Source: Verrucomicrobiota bacterium (GTDB lineage: Bacteria > Verrucomicrobiota > Verrucomicrobiia > Limisphaerales > UBA11358). From it: a stretch of DNA of 63,174 nucleotides. Below, in pieces: positions 39,201 through 46,783 of the stretch. The notes below the pieces were generated by a model. It worked only from the letters and a program-made list of their open reading frames with translations. It was not told the DNA's origin and searched no databases. The DNA lies in NCBI GenBank assembly GCA_049523555.1, contig JBEKMU010000002.1, forward strand, positions 1-63,174. Reading direction: 5' to 3'. A program made the translations under genes and the position numbers. Each line of letters begins with the position of its first letter. Position 1 is the stretch's first letter.

Positions 39201-42200
39201 CCGGCTGGTTTAACGCGGCTGAATAATCATTGTTATTGTCGCTCACATTGTAGTTGGGGGTGTTGGCGGCTGCCACGGTGTTGGCCGGCAAATTCTGGCC
39301 GGCAAATCCTCCGTTCATGCTGTTGGGAGAAATCAGCGCCCCATAGTAATAAGGATCCAAAATCAATGCTCCCATTCCTTTATAGACGGAATTAGTTATC
39401 GGCCCCGGTGTCATAAAGACGGTCACATAACCGTAGGTTGAGGAGTTTTTCAAATTGCTTGTAAGCTGCTGCCAAATGCTTGAATCCCAACTCTGCAACT
39501 GCTTCCCTTGATAATTCGTCGTGCCCTGAGCAACGTAGTTATAGATGTTTAACGGCACGATTCCCAACCCCCTGCTTTGTGCTAATTGCAACAGCCGGAC
39601 GGTGGAAACAGCGTTGGTCTGCTGATAGAAACGGTTGATGGCCTGGTGTTCCTCGGCAGAGCCGTCCACAATTTTAAGCAAATTGTAATTCCATTCTGAC
39701 ATTGTGTAGTTCTGCCCCGAATCCGGGTGCAGCGTGTCATTGCCCGCCGCCATCGTTTCGTAGAAAAACATATCCACACAAGGCAGGATGGGGTCGGTGC
39801 CATTGCTCAAATTGCCATTGCTGTCCCGCGCCGGTATTATTTTTGACAAGCCAGCCGCAAAATACGAAAGCTGGGCAAATTTTTGCCATTGCTGGTTTAA
39901 CTGGCTGAACTCGCTGTCTTTTTCGTAATACGACATCCCGGCCAGATACATCAATGCCCCTTCATAGACATCGGGCGACATGCTGCCGGCCTGCGAAGGA
40001 TTGGCATTCAACTGACTTTGCATCTGCCATAAATCCGCCGCGTGGACGTTGAGCATGTCGCGCGTCACCTGCCCGTAATTCAGGCAAATGGCCGCCTGGT
40101 CGCCGACCCGGAGCGGTCGTTCAATGTCAATCTCGTTATAGCCGCTGAGACTTAGAAACGTCAGCGTCGGGTCAATGGCATACGACGGTGTGATGGCGCG
40201 ATGGCGGTGATACTTGAAGCGCACCCCCAATGAGTAGTCATTCGCGTCGAAATTCAAAGTAAGCACTTCCTTCGACAACAGGTTGGTGTCATTGCTGAAC
40301 GCAAATTGACTGGTGATGTTGGTGCGGAAAGGCATCAGGATGAGATTTAACTGCACGTTGCCGCCGACAACGGACTGGTTGATATAAAATTCGCGGTTGT
40401 GCAAATCCACCAGCCGCATGTCTCCAGTCTTGATGTCCTTGGTCGGGTCGGTCTGGCTGTAAACTTCGACGCTCATCGTGTCGAAAACGTTGGTCAACGC
40501 CGGATTGATGTTGGTGAGCGTGCTGGAAGAAAGATTTTCAACCGGCGTGCTGACATTGGTCACCCAGGTCGGAGTCGGAAAATCCTGCCAGCGCGCGCAG
40601 TAATGCTGACGATTGATTATTTTGACGCCGATGTCGTCCACAGAGACACCCGGATGATTTTGCAAAAGGGTCTGCTGCAAATATCTTGGGAAAATAACGC
40701 GCGGGGTGTTGTCACCATCCACTGCCAGCGACATGAGGTTCGTGTTGCTGTAAATATAATCATGCACCCATTCGTAGGCGTTGCTGTAATTGGTGGGCAT
40801 TTCATCGAACAAATTCAGCCCTTCATTGATTTGATAATCCTTCAGCCACGGGAAAATATGCACCCAATTGGTGCCGATGTAGGCGGCAACCCACGGATAG
40901 TTCACCGCAATCATTGTATTGGTGGTGTAAAGCTGCCCGGCTTCATTGATGTCACCATGCACTTGGAATTTGAGCATCTGGCTTAACCGGGCATCCAAAA
41001 TTTGCATTCCGTTGTGCGGAGCAAATTCATACACGGCGGGCACGCCCGCTTGCCGCAGCAAATAAACCAGCAGCGCGCATTGCTCGATGGGCGAACCCTG
41101 TTTTTCCAAAAATGTTCCCAATGCGCCGCGTGTTACTCCCGGCGGGTTGATGGAATTTTCAGCGACGTTTCCATTGTCGTTGACATCAATCGGATCGGTA
41201 AGGCCGACTTGATTGATGACGTAATTGGCCAGCGCAATCGGGTCATTGCCCATGCTGGCCACAAAGTTGTCCAAAATCGGATGCCGCCGCAGTTCGGGGC
41301 TGTTGTCCAGGTTGGTTGCGGACGATGGCGTGAAACTCACGACATTAGTGACTGGCGGCGTGTTGGTCAGCATTTCCGACAGGGTTTTGCCTGCGTAAAA
41401 CGGCGGCAAGGGACTGCCGTTAAAATGAGGCTGGTCGAGAAATGTCGAACGCCACGGCGGTCGCTGCTCAAACTCCAACGAGTAGAGCAGGGAGTTTGTC
41501 ATCTGTCCGCTGCCGTTCACCACCATCGGATTGCTTATGTCGGCGGGATTTCCGGCGATGCCAACGATGTAGTAGTAATTGGTGGCCTGACTGCTCGCGG
41601 TGTGCGTCAACACATACGCGCCCCTTGAATTCTCACCCCAATTCAAATTTGGAATGCCCGCTAGAATGGTTGTCAATCCGTAGGCATTGGTTGTGAGTTG
41701 AAAACCGTTCGTCATGTAGGTTTGCCACAAGTTGGTGTTGGACACTGCGGGCGGGTAAATACTAACTGAGCCAGCCAGTTGATAATTGGTGCAGTAATAT
41801 GCCTGAACCACGACCGGCTGATTGGACAAAATCGGGTCGCCCGCATAGATGCCAAAACTGTAAGGCTGGCTGAAATACAACGGCGTTCCACCGACCCGTT
41901 CGCCAAAGGCGACAATGGGATTGTTGAACGCGATCCCGTTGGCGGTGTTTGTTGCGTTGTAGTGGTAGAGTGTCTGGCTGCTCCAGGATGAAAGTCCAGG
42001 ATACAAGGCCGAGCAGTTGCCGTTCAAATTGCTATACACGGTTCCCGTTTCGTATTCCAAAGGGATCACTTGCGACCAGTAGGTCGGGTCGCTGCCGCTG
42101 CCTCGCCAATACATGTCTGCCGGCGATACGACCGAATTGGTGGTTGAACCATTCGGCAGAAGGGTCACGGTGGCATTGGTCGTGAGTCCCGGAAAATACG

Positions 42201-43290
42201 CGCTGCTGCTGTTCAGCGACAAGACAACGGTCTTGGCGGCTGATAAACTGGCATTGATAACCGAAACATTCAGATTGGTGCTGGTTTGATTCGCTGCGAA
42301 TGTGACTGACGTGGGCAAGGCCGTGTAATCGCTGCCCGCCGTCGCCGTGCCGCCGACAATCAGATTTGCCGTGAGTGCATTGCTCAATCCGCTGCTGCGG
42401 GTGATTGTGAATTCTCCGACGTAGTAGTTATTTGGCGAAGCGTATTGAGCCGGAGCGGTGACGCTGAGTATCGGCACATCTTGCAAGACATTAATGGTTA
42501 CGGTGTTATTGGTGCTGATTTGGTAGGTTCCTTGAGCATCAAGCGCGAGCGTCAGCGTCAGTATTTTTGTGCCAACCATATTCGCGTTTGCCACTGCCGT
42601 AATTGGAATATCCACATAACTGCTGCCCGCATTGATGGTGGCGCTCCCACTCAATGAACCCGTGTAGTCACTGCCGTTAACCGCATTGCCGCCCAACGAA
42701 TAATAAACCGTTTGCGTTTGAAGTGAATCTCCACGAACAATGCGGATCGTCGCGCTGTTGGGGCTTTCCCCCCTGACTATATCTGCGCTGTTGTAATAGT
42801 TCGTGCCGGAAACGATAACAGCATTATAGAGCGAATAGTTGTTGATAATGGTAACTGTGCAAGTGGCGTTGCCAACTATCTGCCGGGCCGTTCCCCAAAA
42901 ACCCAATACAATGGTGCGGCTCGGAAAGTTGGTGGTGATTAACAATGGAATTGGAATATACAAGGTTGTGTTATCCAAATTACCGAGTTGCGCGAACCCG
43001 TTGCGCTCGCCGCCATTTGCCACCCACGTTGTATTGGTATAGTCATCTATAAAAATTCTAGCGGTTGAAGGTCCCGGTGAAAAATTTGAATTCGTGCTGT
43101 GCGCGAAGATGCTCGCGCCGGCGCCAAGGGTGCCGCCGCTGCCAACCACTGGCACATTAATCGTTCCGTCGGTTGGATGCACGGTCATGGAACTGGAACC
43201 AAAACTCACATTTCCGACACTTTGTGCGTTGGAAAACACTGTTGCGGAAAGGAACAGAAGCAGCGAGATATGCAGCGATTTCATAGTCAT
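33217..43290 (-). CDS. Giant polymorphic toxin: signal peptide, Calx-beta repeats, transglutaminase-like domain, RHS/YD-repeat shell, variable C-terminal toxin
   Basis: 3357 aa. Calx-beta-like 'GGNAVNGSDYTGSL' and 'GGTATAGSDYTALP'. TGase-like 'EQCALLVYLLRQAGVPA'. RHS entry 'DPVNNITGEFYVSETDLQLPG', many YD repeats, and core end 'GARVYDPFAGMWLSYD...GGDPINGFDADG'. Confidence 0.9.
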   Translation of the reverse strand: MTMKSLHISLLLFLSATVFSNAQSVGNVSFGSSSMTVHPTDGTINVPVVGSGGTLGAGASIFAHSTNSNFSPGPSTARIFIDDYTNTTWVANGGERNGFAQLGNLDNTTLYIPIPLLITTNFPSRTIVLGFWGTARQIVGNATCTVTIINNYSLYNAVIVSGTNYYNSADIVRGESPNSATIRIVRGDSLQTQTVYYSLGGNAVNGSDYTGSLSGSATINAGSSYVDIPITAVANANMVGTKILTLTLALDAQGTYQISTNNTVTINVLQDVPILSVTAPAQYASPNNYYVGEFTITRSSGLSNALTANLIVGGTATAGSDYTALPTSVTFAANQTSTNLNVSVINASLSAAKTVVLSLNSSSAYFPGLTTNATVTLLPNGSTTNSVVSPADMYWRGSGSDPTYWSQVIPLEYETGTVYSNLNGNCSALYPGLSSWSSQTLYHYNATNTANGIAFNNPIVAFGERVGGTPLYFSQPYSFGIYAGDPILSNQPVVVQAYYCTNYQLAGSVSIYPPAVSNTNLWQTYMTNGFQLTTNAYGLTTILAGIPNLNWGENSRGAYVLTHTASSQATNYYYIVGIAGNPADISNPMVVNGSGQMTNSLLYSLEFEQRPPWRSTFLDQPHFNGSPLPPFYAGKTLSEMLTNTPPVTNVVSFTPSSATNLDNSPELRRHPILDNFVASMGNDPIALANYVINQVGLTDPIDVNDNGNVAENSINPPGVTRGALGTFLEKQGSPIEQCALLVYLLRQAGVPAVYEFAPHNGMQILDARLSQMLKFQVHGDINEAGQLYTTNTMIAVNYPWVAAYIGTNWVHIFPWLKDYQINEGLNLFDEMPTNYSNAYEWVHDYIYSNTNLMSLAVDGDNTPRVIFPRYLQQTLLQNHPGVSVDDIGVKIINRQHYCARWQDFPTPTWVTNVSTPVENLSSSTLTNINPALTNVFDTMSVEVYSQTDPTKDIKTGDMRLVDLHNREFYINQSVVGGNVQLNLILMPFRTNITSQFAFSNDTNLLSKEVLTLNFDANDYSLGVRFKYHRHRAITPSYAIDPTLTFLSLSGYNEIDIERPLRVGDQAAICLNYGQVTRDMLNVHAADLWQMQSQLNANPSQAGSMSPDVYEGALMYLAGMSYYEKDSEFSQLNQQWQKFAQLSYFAAGLSKIIPARDSNGNLSNGTDPILPCVDMFFYETMAAGNDTLHPDSGQNYTMSEWNYNLLKIVDGSAEEHQAINRFYQQTNAVSTVRLLQLAQSRGLGIVPLNIYNYVAQGTTNYQGKQLQSWDSSIWQQLTSNLKNSSTYGYVTVFMTPGPITNSVYKGMGALILDPYYYGALISPNSMNGGFAGQNLPANTVAAANTPNYNVSDNNNDYSAALNQPASQTATVPDEIASYDAPSVASQTSTFVVDPFTTAWATSVSQQLGTTAGTSSSALSSDILASEQNGNLRTPNDPSQSGAQVSDPVNNITGEFYVSETDLQLPGPIPLALRRNYSSQNVADNQFGRGWMLNIMPYLSLSKNSTNIYAADMDGAVLAYVHSTNSASTNMWFPTLAANPQLNNNTVAGVGGLANRLRDYILRSVNGSVTNYTLYGADGSVRVFQFMKFNSGAVTNARPYLLQWTDCRGNYYTFAYDTNSADANFGQMQRIQCSNGNFLGFDYDVYGHIIDAYTGDGRWMYYYYDDYGDLVSVTLPDNSTRSYQYLHGTQAVTGGTATYSTHLIVEEDKPDGRELINAYDSQRRVTNQLSTAGLDLNPILTAAFVYANNFNITNSWTNTITGYTLVIDGNNHTNRYEYTNNLITKITDPLGQMIQQVWFTTNTSAAGYYPRSVRQRTDKRGLVSQYQYDSNGNVTNTIVTGDLTGDGIASQTATNTAIYNTNCLPVQITDPVGNSVVTVYDPTFTFMPQQVIRYAGATPISTSFMFYGNATNVVVNGNTTQTNRAFGVLTRLIRAYGSADAATNDLTYDGHGFITQSIRYTGTGDPNVVNTFFYNERGQMVNQVDALGAVKFFDYDALNRPTAQEDFDEFGNALSWSFNYYNDNGELTWVDGPRYNPEDYVFLDYDGMGRRSTEIHWRSEAKSDGSGVEAPAGYNQYAQSFYQYDPLGNLTLAVDPRGAMTTNTWDALCRLVQTKHLDVDGVTVLSAEGFSYEPGGLVQTHTNALGGVAVTLYTDTGKPEYRSNPDGSTNAWRYYFDGRINKEIQGNGAYWQTTYDDVNLIATRIFYSAAGVPEVTNSIQLDLRGNAVQQADEGGNVFTAAYDGLDRVKVTAGPTIVTVSESGGGGIGVPGTNITYVTNILQQAVANFYDAAGRSLTNVNALGESTVTTMDALGRVTGSQIYSPSGALVREKYMAYSPDHNSVTTTDGSGASAIVNTTYTDNDGHTVLSIAYPSANAAEFTLNQYDLAGNLASAQHDSSASGAVTTWTATSFSYDGLNRLIGKIDRDNALTTFAYNPMGDMTNRTMPGGLQWTAIYNNAGQVLQDCLVGAGGVSTRTNTYTYYPGGNSFAGLLDTKTDGRGLVSTYSYDDRLHQASISRTDFNYTHVDTFWNYDPRGFVTNITEQNTGNDVGADPKVVSRTFDAYGQLSSETVTWNGTTFSGASQTWDPAGRRTGLGINGASYNFASRADGALIYASDPTGSGSYSFDTAGLLTSRAVGTKTTTITSRDGEGRPFSIVTDVSGVPQLTESLGWSGDGLLYSHTLNRSDFTDSHIYSYTSMSRRLAQEQLNLNGTAAWTNSFAYDSGVAAGPGVLTQMGAPNSTSADWNGGVSPFSRVNTETNTCISYPAYGRVNGLSTLTALLDGQPLAVTTNSSGDPSNPFQWRTLMELTPGAHQLKVAALHPSGFFTAWATNSFTNNFAQQTATVGRDSGGNISQRIWRKPDGTVNHQQQLYWDAKDRLTDVFDFDSTQSGYYLHAEYDGLDRRLFTQCYPMINGQVQTAGVTPTTINQYYDPQVEFLELGVSYNDQTVWKLYGPDLNGKYGGENGTGGFDAVSPYLSLFNPVISDFRGNILAEVTNGVVAWNSSRPTGYGAVPAYRPVALGHGVDVAQSSAWRGHWPDITGYYNIGARVYDPFAGMWLSYDSAWNERDPNYLTFCGGDPINGFDADGRISQNYYQNGDAAAADLAGTLPIVMTPYIDGNGNIQINVHWNDLAYDPYQEASAIGQSLSDTVLNTSARREAGYEFTHPDFGSGLGITTWAVSGVSWVANTADMVGNFIPGKVFVENSVKVLAKDVAKPFTKSLTEDTAKGALEATEKAGADLMGTYGDVGGHHVHAQSAFRGDLNYNPNEGFSISQEYMESMGWSHQDMTAAQRTLFDELAASGGANTLQAQSQIAVQALMAGGATEAEARQLVAQSLKNLRAQGVTQPTRIPWNSPR

Positions 43291-43305
43291 GGTGATTGTT
43301 TGACG

Positions 43306-43782
43306 TTATTGTAGCGCCGCGCCGTTGGTTGGACTGTCTATCGTCACCGCCAATATCCCCAAACTTGGATTGTTCGGGTCGGCAATCTCCCAGAGAGGAA
43401 TGCCGTTGGTATCCAGCACCGCCCGGTAAAATCCAGCGGAATACGGGCCGATGGGCAGAATGAAAGAGGTCTGGCTGTTGGTTCCCACCGCCGCGACTGT
43501 CCACGGATAATCCGTTGTATTGCCTAGAACCGGCGTGGACCATAATTCGTAGCTCGCCGTGCCCACCCCATTCGTGACGGTGATCAAAAGCTGGTTCGTG
43601 CCCGTTGGCGCTATCGTCAGCACCGGCGGCGTGCTTTGTGCCACCGCCAAACAAACCGTCAAGGTTGTCACGGCCAACGCCAAAATGATGGCCGCGATTT
43701 TTGGCGGCAACTTTGTGCGCCGCGCCCTACCCGTTTGCTTGGGGATGGTTTTCAGTGTTGGTGGGGTTGTTCGATTGTTCAT
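43306..43782 (-). CDS. Secreted/anchored small protein co-transcribed upstream of the RHS gene
   Basis: Internal Met start with a basic N-terminus and a TM/signal segment 'IAAIILALAVTTLTVCLAVAQS'. Contains the 'YELWST...FYRAV' module. Stop lies 13 nt before the RHS start. Confidence 0.5.
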   Translation of the reverse strand: MNNRTTPPTLKTIPKQTGRARRTKLPPKIAAIILALAVTTLTVCLAVAQSTPPVLTIAPTGTNQLLITVTNGVGTASYELWSTPVLGNTTDYPWTVAAVGTNSQTSFILPIGPYSAGFYRAVLDTNGIPLWEIADPNNPSLGILAVTIDSPTNGAALQ

Positions 43783-44069
43783 AAGTTGCTCCTGCTTTTT
43801 ATATTCTGTTTGAGGTGAGGTGAAAACCGTTGCTGTGAGATGGATATAATTCACGAGTGAAGCGTCCCATTGAAAACCCGCTTGTCCCCGCAATCACATT
43901 TGTGGTTTTGGTCACAGTGTTGCTTTCCCGAAAGGTTCGCGTGATTCTGAACATTTTGTCCTGCCCGACGCAAGCAAAAAAGAATGAAGCCCTCCCGCTG
44001 AACGTGTGCATGTGAACACAGCTTTTCCCAGTGACCGCGTTACCGTCGTCAACGGTGAAAAGGCCCTCA

Positions 44070-44360
44070 ATGAATCTGGTCGGCTCGCAGGTGCGGAAAT
44101 GGCGCAAAAAAAGGGGATGGTCGCAGGAAATTTTGGCCACGAAGCTCCAACTGCGCGGCTGGAACATAGGCCGGGATTCGTTGGCGAGCTTGGAATTGCA
44201 GCGGCGCAGGGTGCCGGATTGTGAAATGCTTTATCTGGCGCGAGTTTTGGGTGTCCGGCTCGAAGATTTGTTCCCCAAAAATCTCCCTCTAAACAAAATC
44301 GGCCCGCAGTTTCAATCGGGCCAGAGGTTGGCGATTTTTCCCACCAGGGTGGAACAATAG
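44070..44360 (+). CDS. XRE-family HTH regulator
   Basis: 'VRKWRKKRGWSQEILATKLQLRGWNIGRDSLASLE' matches HTH_3. Divergent from the RHS operon. Confidence 0.7.
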   Translation: MNLVGSQVRKWRKKRGWSQEILATKLQLRGWNIGRDSLASLELQRRRVPDCEMLYLARVLGVRLEDLFPKNLPLNKIGPQFQSGQRLAIFPTRVEQ

Positions 44361-44378
44361 TCGTTGTCTGGCGCTGGT

Positions 44379-44801
44379 TCATGCCATTGAGCTTTCGGAA
44401 ACCGTTCCGGTTAAGTTGGAATCCTTTCTGCCGGTGGCGTGTGAAAGAATGCGCGAAACAAAATTTGATGGATCAAACGGTTTGGTGATGTAATCTGCCG
44501 CGCCAACGTCAAGGCCGTGCTGTTGATCTTCGATGGTGGTGTGGTCGGAAACAAAAACGACGGGCGTATGACGCGACAGGTGCCTTTGTTTAAGTTCGCC
44601 GCAAATTTCAAGACCAGTGATGTCGGGCAAATCAATCTCCAATAGAATGAGGTCGAATTCGCTCTCCTGAGCTAATTCCATTCCCTCTTTTCCAGTCGCA
44701 GCAACCACCACATCACACCCGGCGTGTGACAGCATATGCACCATCATCATCACCAGCGGCGTGTCGTCTTCGACGATGAGAAGTTTTGTTTTTTCTGCCA
44801 T
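44379..44801 (-). CDS. Orphan single-domain response regulator (CheY-like receiver)
   Basis: 'LLIVEDD', phospho-acceptor 'LILLEIDLPD' and 'YITKPF'. No output domain, and no histidine kinase in the window. Confidence 0.85.
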   Translation of the reverse strand: MAEKTKLLIVEDDTPLVMMMVHMLSHAGCDVVVAATGKEGMELAQESEFDLILLEIDLPDITGLEICGELKQRHLSRHTPVVFVSDHTTIEDQQHGLDVGAADYITKPFDPSNFVSRILSHATGRKDSNLTGTVSESSMA

Positions 44802-44900
44802 ACAAAGTTTTGGACGTTTCCCTTATTTCACACGAAGGCTGATTTCTTGTAAAGGAAAATCATCACGCATACGTTACGATGTTTTTGCCACTTTTCAGAT

Positions 44901-45113
44901 GTGCAACGCAACCTGGACAAGCAACTGGCGAAATTTCTGCGAAAAGAGCGGGGTGGTCTTTCTTACGCGGAATTTGCAAAAAAGGTCGGTATTTCGCACC
45001 AAACTCTTTTTCGCATTGAGCACGGCGAACATCATCTGACTTTGGACAAATTGGAAACGGTGCTCGTGAAATTGAAAATTCATCTGAAAGATATTTTCCC
45101 AAACGAATTTTAG
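44901..45113 (+). CDS. XRE-family HTH regulator (70 aa)
   Basis: 'LRKERGGLSYAEFAKKVGISHQTLFRIEHGEHHLTLDKL'. Confidence 0.75.
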   Translation: MQRNLDKQLAKFLRKERGGLSYAEFAKKVGISHQTLFRIEHGEHHLTLDKLETVLVKLKIHLKDIFPNEF

Positions 45114-45137
45114 GCTGTGGTCTTGTGTGTGAATTGA

Positions 45138-45275
45138 TGCTGCTTGCTGATTTTGGAGAGCTACAAATATATCGGAAAGGTCGAGCGGGGTTGCGTGAAC
45201 ATTTCACGGGATTCTTTGATGCGGATTGACAAAGCCGTGAAAGTGAAGGCCCACACCTTGATTGGCGAATTCTGA
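45138..45275 (+). pseudogene. Truncated XRE-family gene fragment (C-terminal half only)
   Basis: The open frame without a start codon translates to '..SYKYIGKVERGCVNISRDSLMRIDKAVKVKAHTLIGEF*'. This parallels 'PVYMGQIERGYRVPTVDVLLRIARALKVHLRDIVSEL' of the 45474 gene. Confidence 0.45.
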
Positions 45276-45473
45276 CGATTATCGGACAGGCGGCTTCGAG
45301 AAAAAGGGGTATTATTTTTCTGGCCGGGGATTTTTCATTCCCTTGTGTCGCCACGATCACCGTCCGGTTCATGCCCCCCACATCTAAATCTTTCTCAAAA
45401 GAACGCAAGCACAAAATGATAGCTAATAGAATCTGTGCGCTTCTATTGCACCCTGCTTGGCTTATAGCCAGTC

Positions 45474-45692
45474 GTGGTCACAAAAAAAGATCGAAAACTT
45501 TTGGGCGAAGGAATCCGCAAACACCGCAAGCTGGCCGGTTTGACGCAAGAGAAATTGGCCGAGCGGATTGACATCAATCCTGTTTATATGGGGCAGATTG
45601 AGCGCGGCTACCGGGTGCCGACGGTGGATGTTCTTCTGCGGATCGCGCGGGCATTAAAAGTTCACCTGCGCGATATTGTCAGTGAACTTTGA
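45474..45692 (+). CDS. XRE-family HTH regulator (72 aa)
   Basis: 'IRKHRKLAGLTQEKLAERIDINPVYMGQIERGYRVPTVDVLLRIARAL'. Confidence 0.75.
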   Translation: MVTKKDRKLLGEGIRKHRKLAGLTQEKLAERIDINPVYMGQIERGYRVPTVDVLLRIARALKVHLRDIVSEL

Positions 45693-45795
45693 CCGGAGCG
45701 CGCAAAGCAGGCGACTGAACACAGCAGAAATCAATGCCGCTTCGGTGAACAACCGGCTATTGACTTTTAATTCAACAACCCCCTATTTGAACGGC

Positions 45796-46140
45796 ATGAA
45801 TTTAATTGCAAATCTGTCTGCAAAGCAACTTCGGCGCGCTGCCGCGATTAAGGACAAAATCCAATCGCTCGAAAATGAGCTTGGCCGGGTTTTGGGTTCT
45901 CCTACAAAACCCGCAGCCGTTGCTGCTCCGAAGAAAAGACGCAAAATGAGCGCGGCAGGCCGAGCTAGGATTGCGGCTGCTGCAAGAGCGCGGTGGGCGA
46001 AAGTCAAAGGGAAAAAATCAAAGACTGCTCCGGCACGAAAGCCAAAGCGTCAAATGAGTGCCGCTGCGAAAGCAAAGATTTCCGCTGCCGCAAAAGCAAG
46101 ATGGGCGAAGATTAAAACGGCGAAAAGTCCAAGTGCCTGA
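45796..46140 (+). CDS. Small basic protein with duplicated 'KMSAAxRAxIAAAxxARWAKxK' motif
   Basis: Start at the internal Met 'MNLIANLSAKQLRRAAAIKDKIQSLENEL'. Two tandem Lys/Arg/Ala-rich repeats. Likely nucleic-acid binding (inference). Confidence 0.5.
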   Translation: MNLIANLSAKQLRRAAAIKDKIQSLENELGRVLGSPTKPAAVAAPKKRRKMSAAGRARIAAAARARWAKVKGKKSKTAPARKPKRQMSAAAKAKISAAAKARWAKIKTAKSPSA

Positions 46141-46681
46141 AAAAACACAAGTAGAAGCAGCCCCATTACGCCTTAAAGGAAGTGACCTTAAAGTGGGTGG
46201 TCGTTATTTGCATCGCAACGGCCTTTTTGTTCGTGAGATTGAGGCCATCAAGGGTGACACCGTTTTCTGGCATGATGATTTGAGTAGTGGACAGTGCGGC
46301 AAACAAGTTTTTCTCCGGCAATGCCCGTCAATTGCTCCGGCCTCTGCTCCGGTCGCAAAATCTCCGACAACCGCGCAATCACAAACAACTCACGAGGAAT
46401 TTACAATTCGAGACGAGGCCAACGCGCTCACCGCCTTCGCGTTTCGCAACGGTTTCCTTGAAGACCTTCACGCCGGAAAGCCATTGCCGATAGCGCAACA
46501 ATCCGGTTTCAGCCGGATTTCGGATGATGAAATGCGCCGGTTGATGATGGAAGCCTCCGAGAAATTGGCGCGGCTCTTGAAGATGAAGCACGAAGACCCG
46601 CAGAAATACGAGGCGTTCATCCGGCAATACAACAAAAATTACTGCCGTTCTTGGAAGCGCGACGGCTATCGAGCCAAATGA
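46133..46681 (+). CDS. hypothetical protein (GTG start proposed)
   Basis: The frame is open from 46058, but the upstream part overlaps the previous gene. The GTG at 46133 overlaps that gene's stop. Confidence 0.4.
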   Translation: MPEKTQVEAAPLRLKGSDLKVGGRYLHRNGLFVREIEAIKGDTVFWHDDLSSGQCGKQVFLRQCPSIAPASAPVAKSPTTAQSQTTHEEFTIRDEANALTAFAFRNGFLEDLHAGKPLPIAQQSGFSRISDDEMRRLMMEASEKLARLLKMKHEDPQKYEAFIRQYNKNYCRSWKRDGYRAK

Positions 46682-46783
46682 ACGTATCAGGTTTCCGGTG
46701 GAAATGGCTAATGCGCTACATTCTGGCAGCCCAAAATGGCTGGTTTTCAAGTGCCGATGGGATTTTGCTGAATACGTGGGAGT

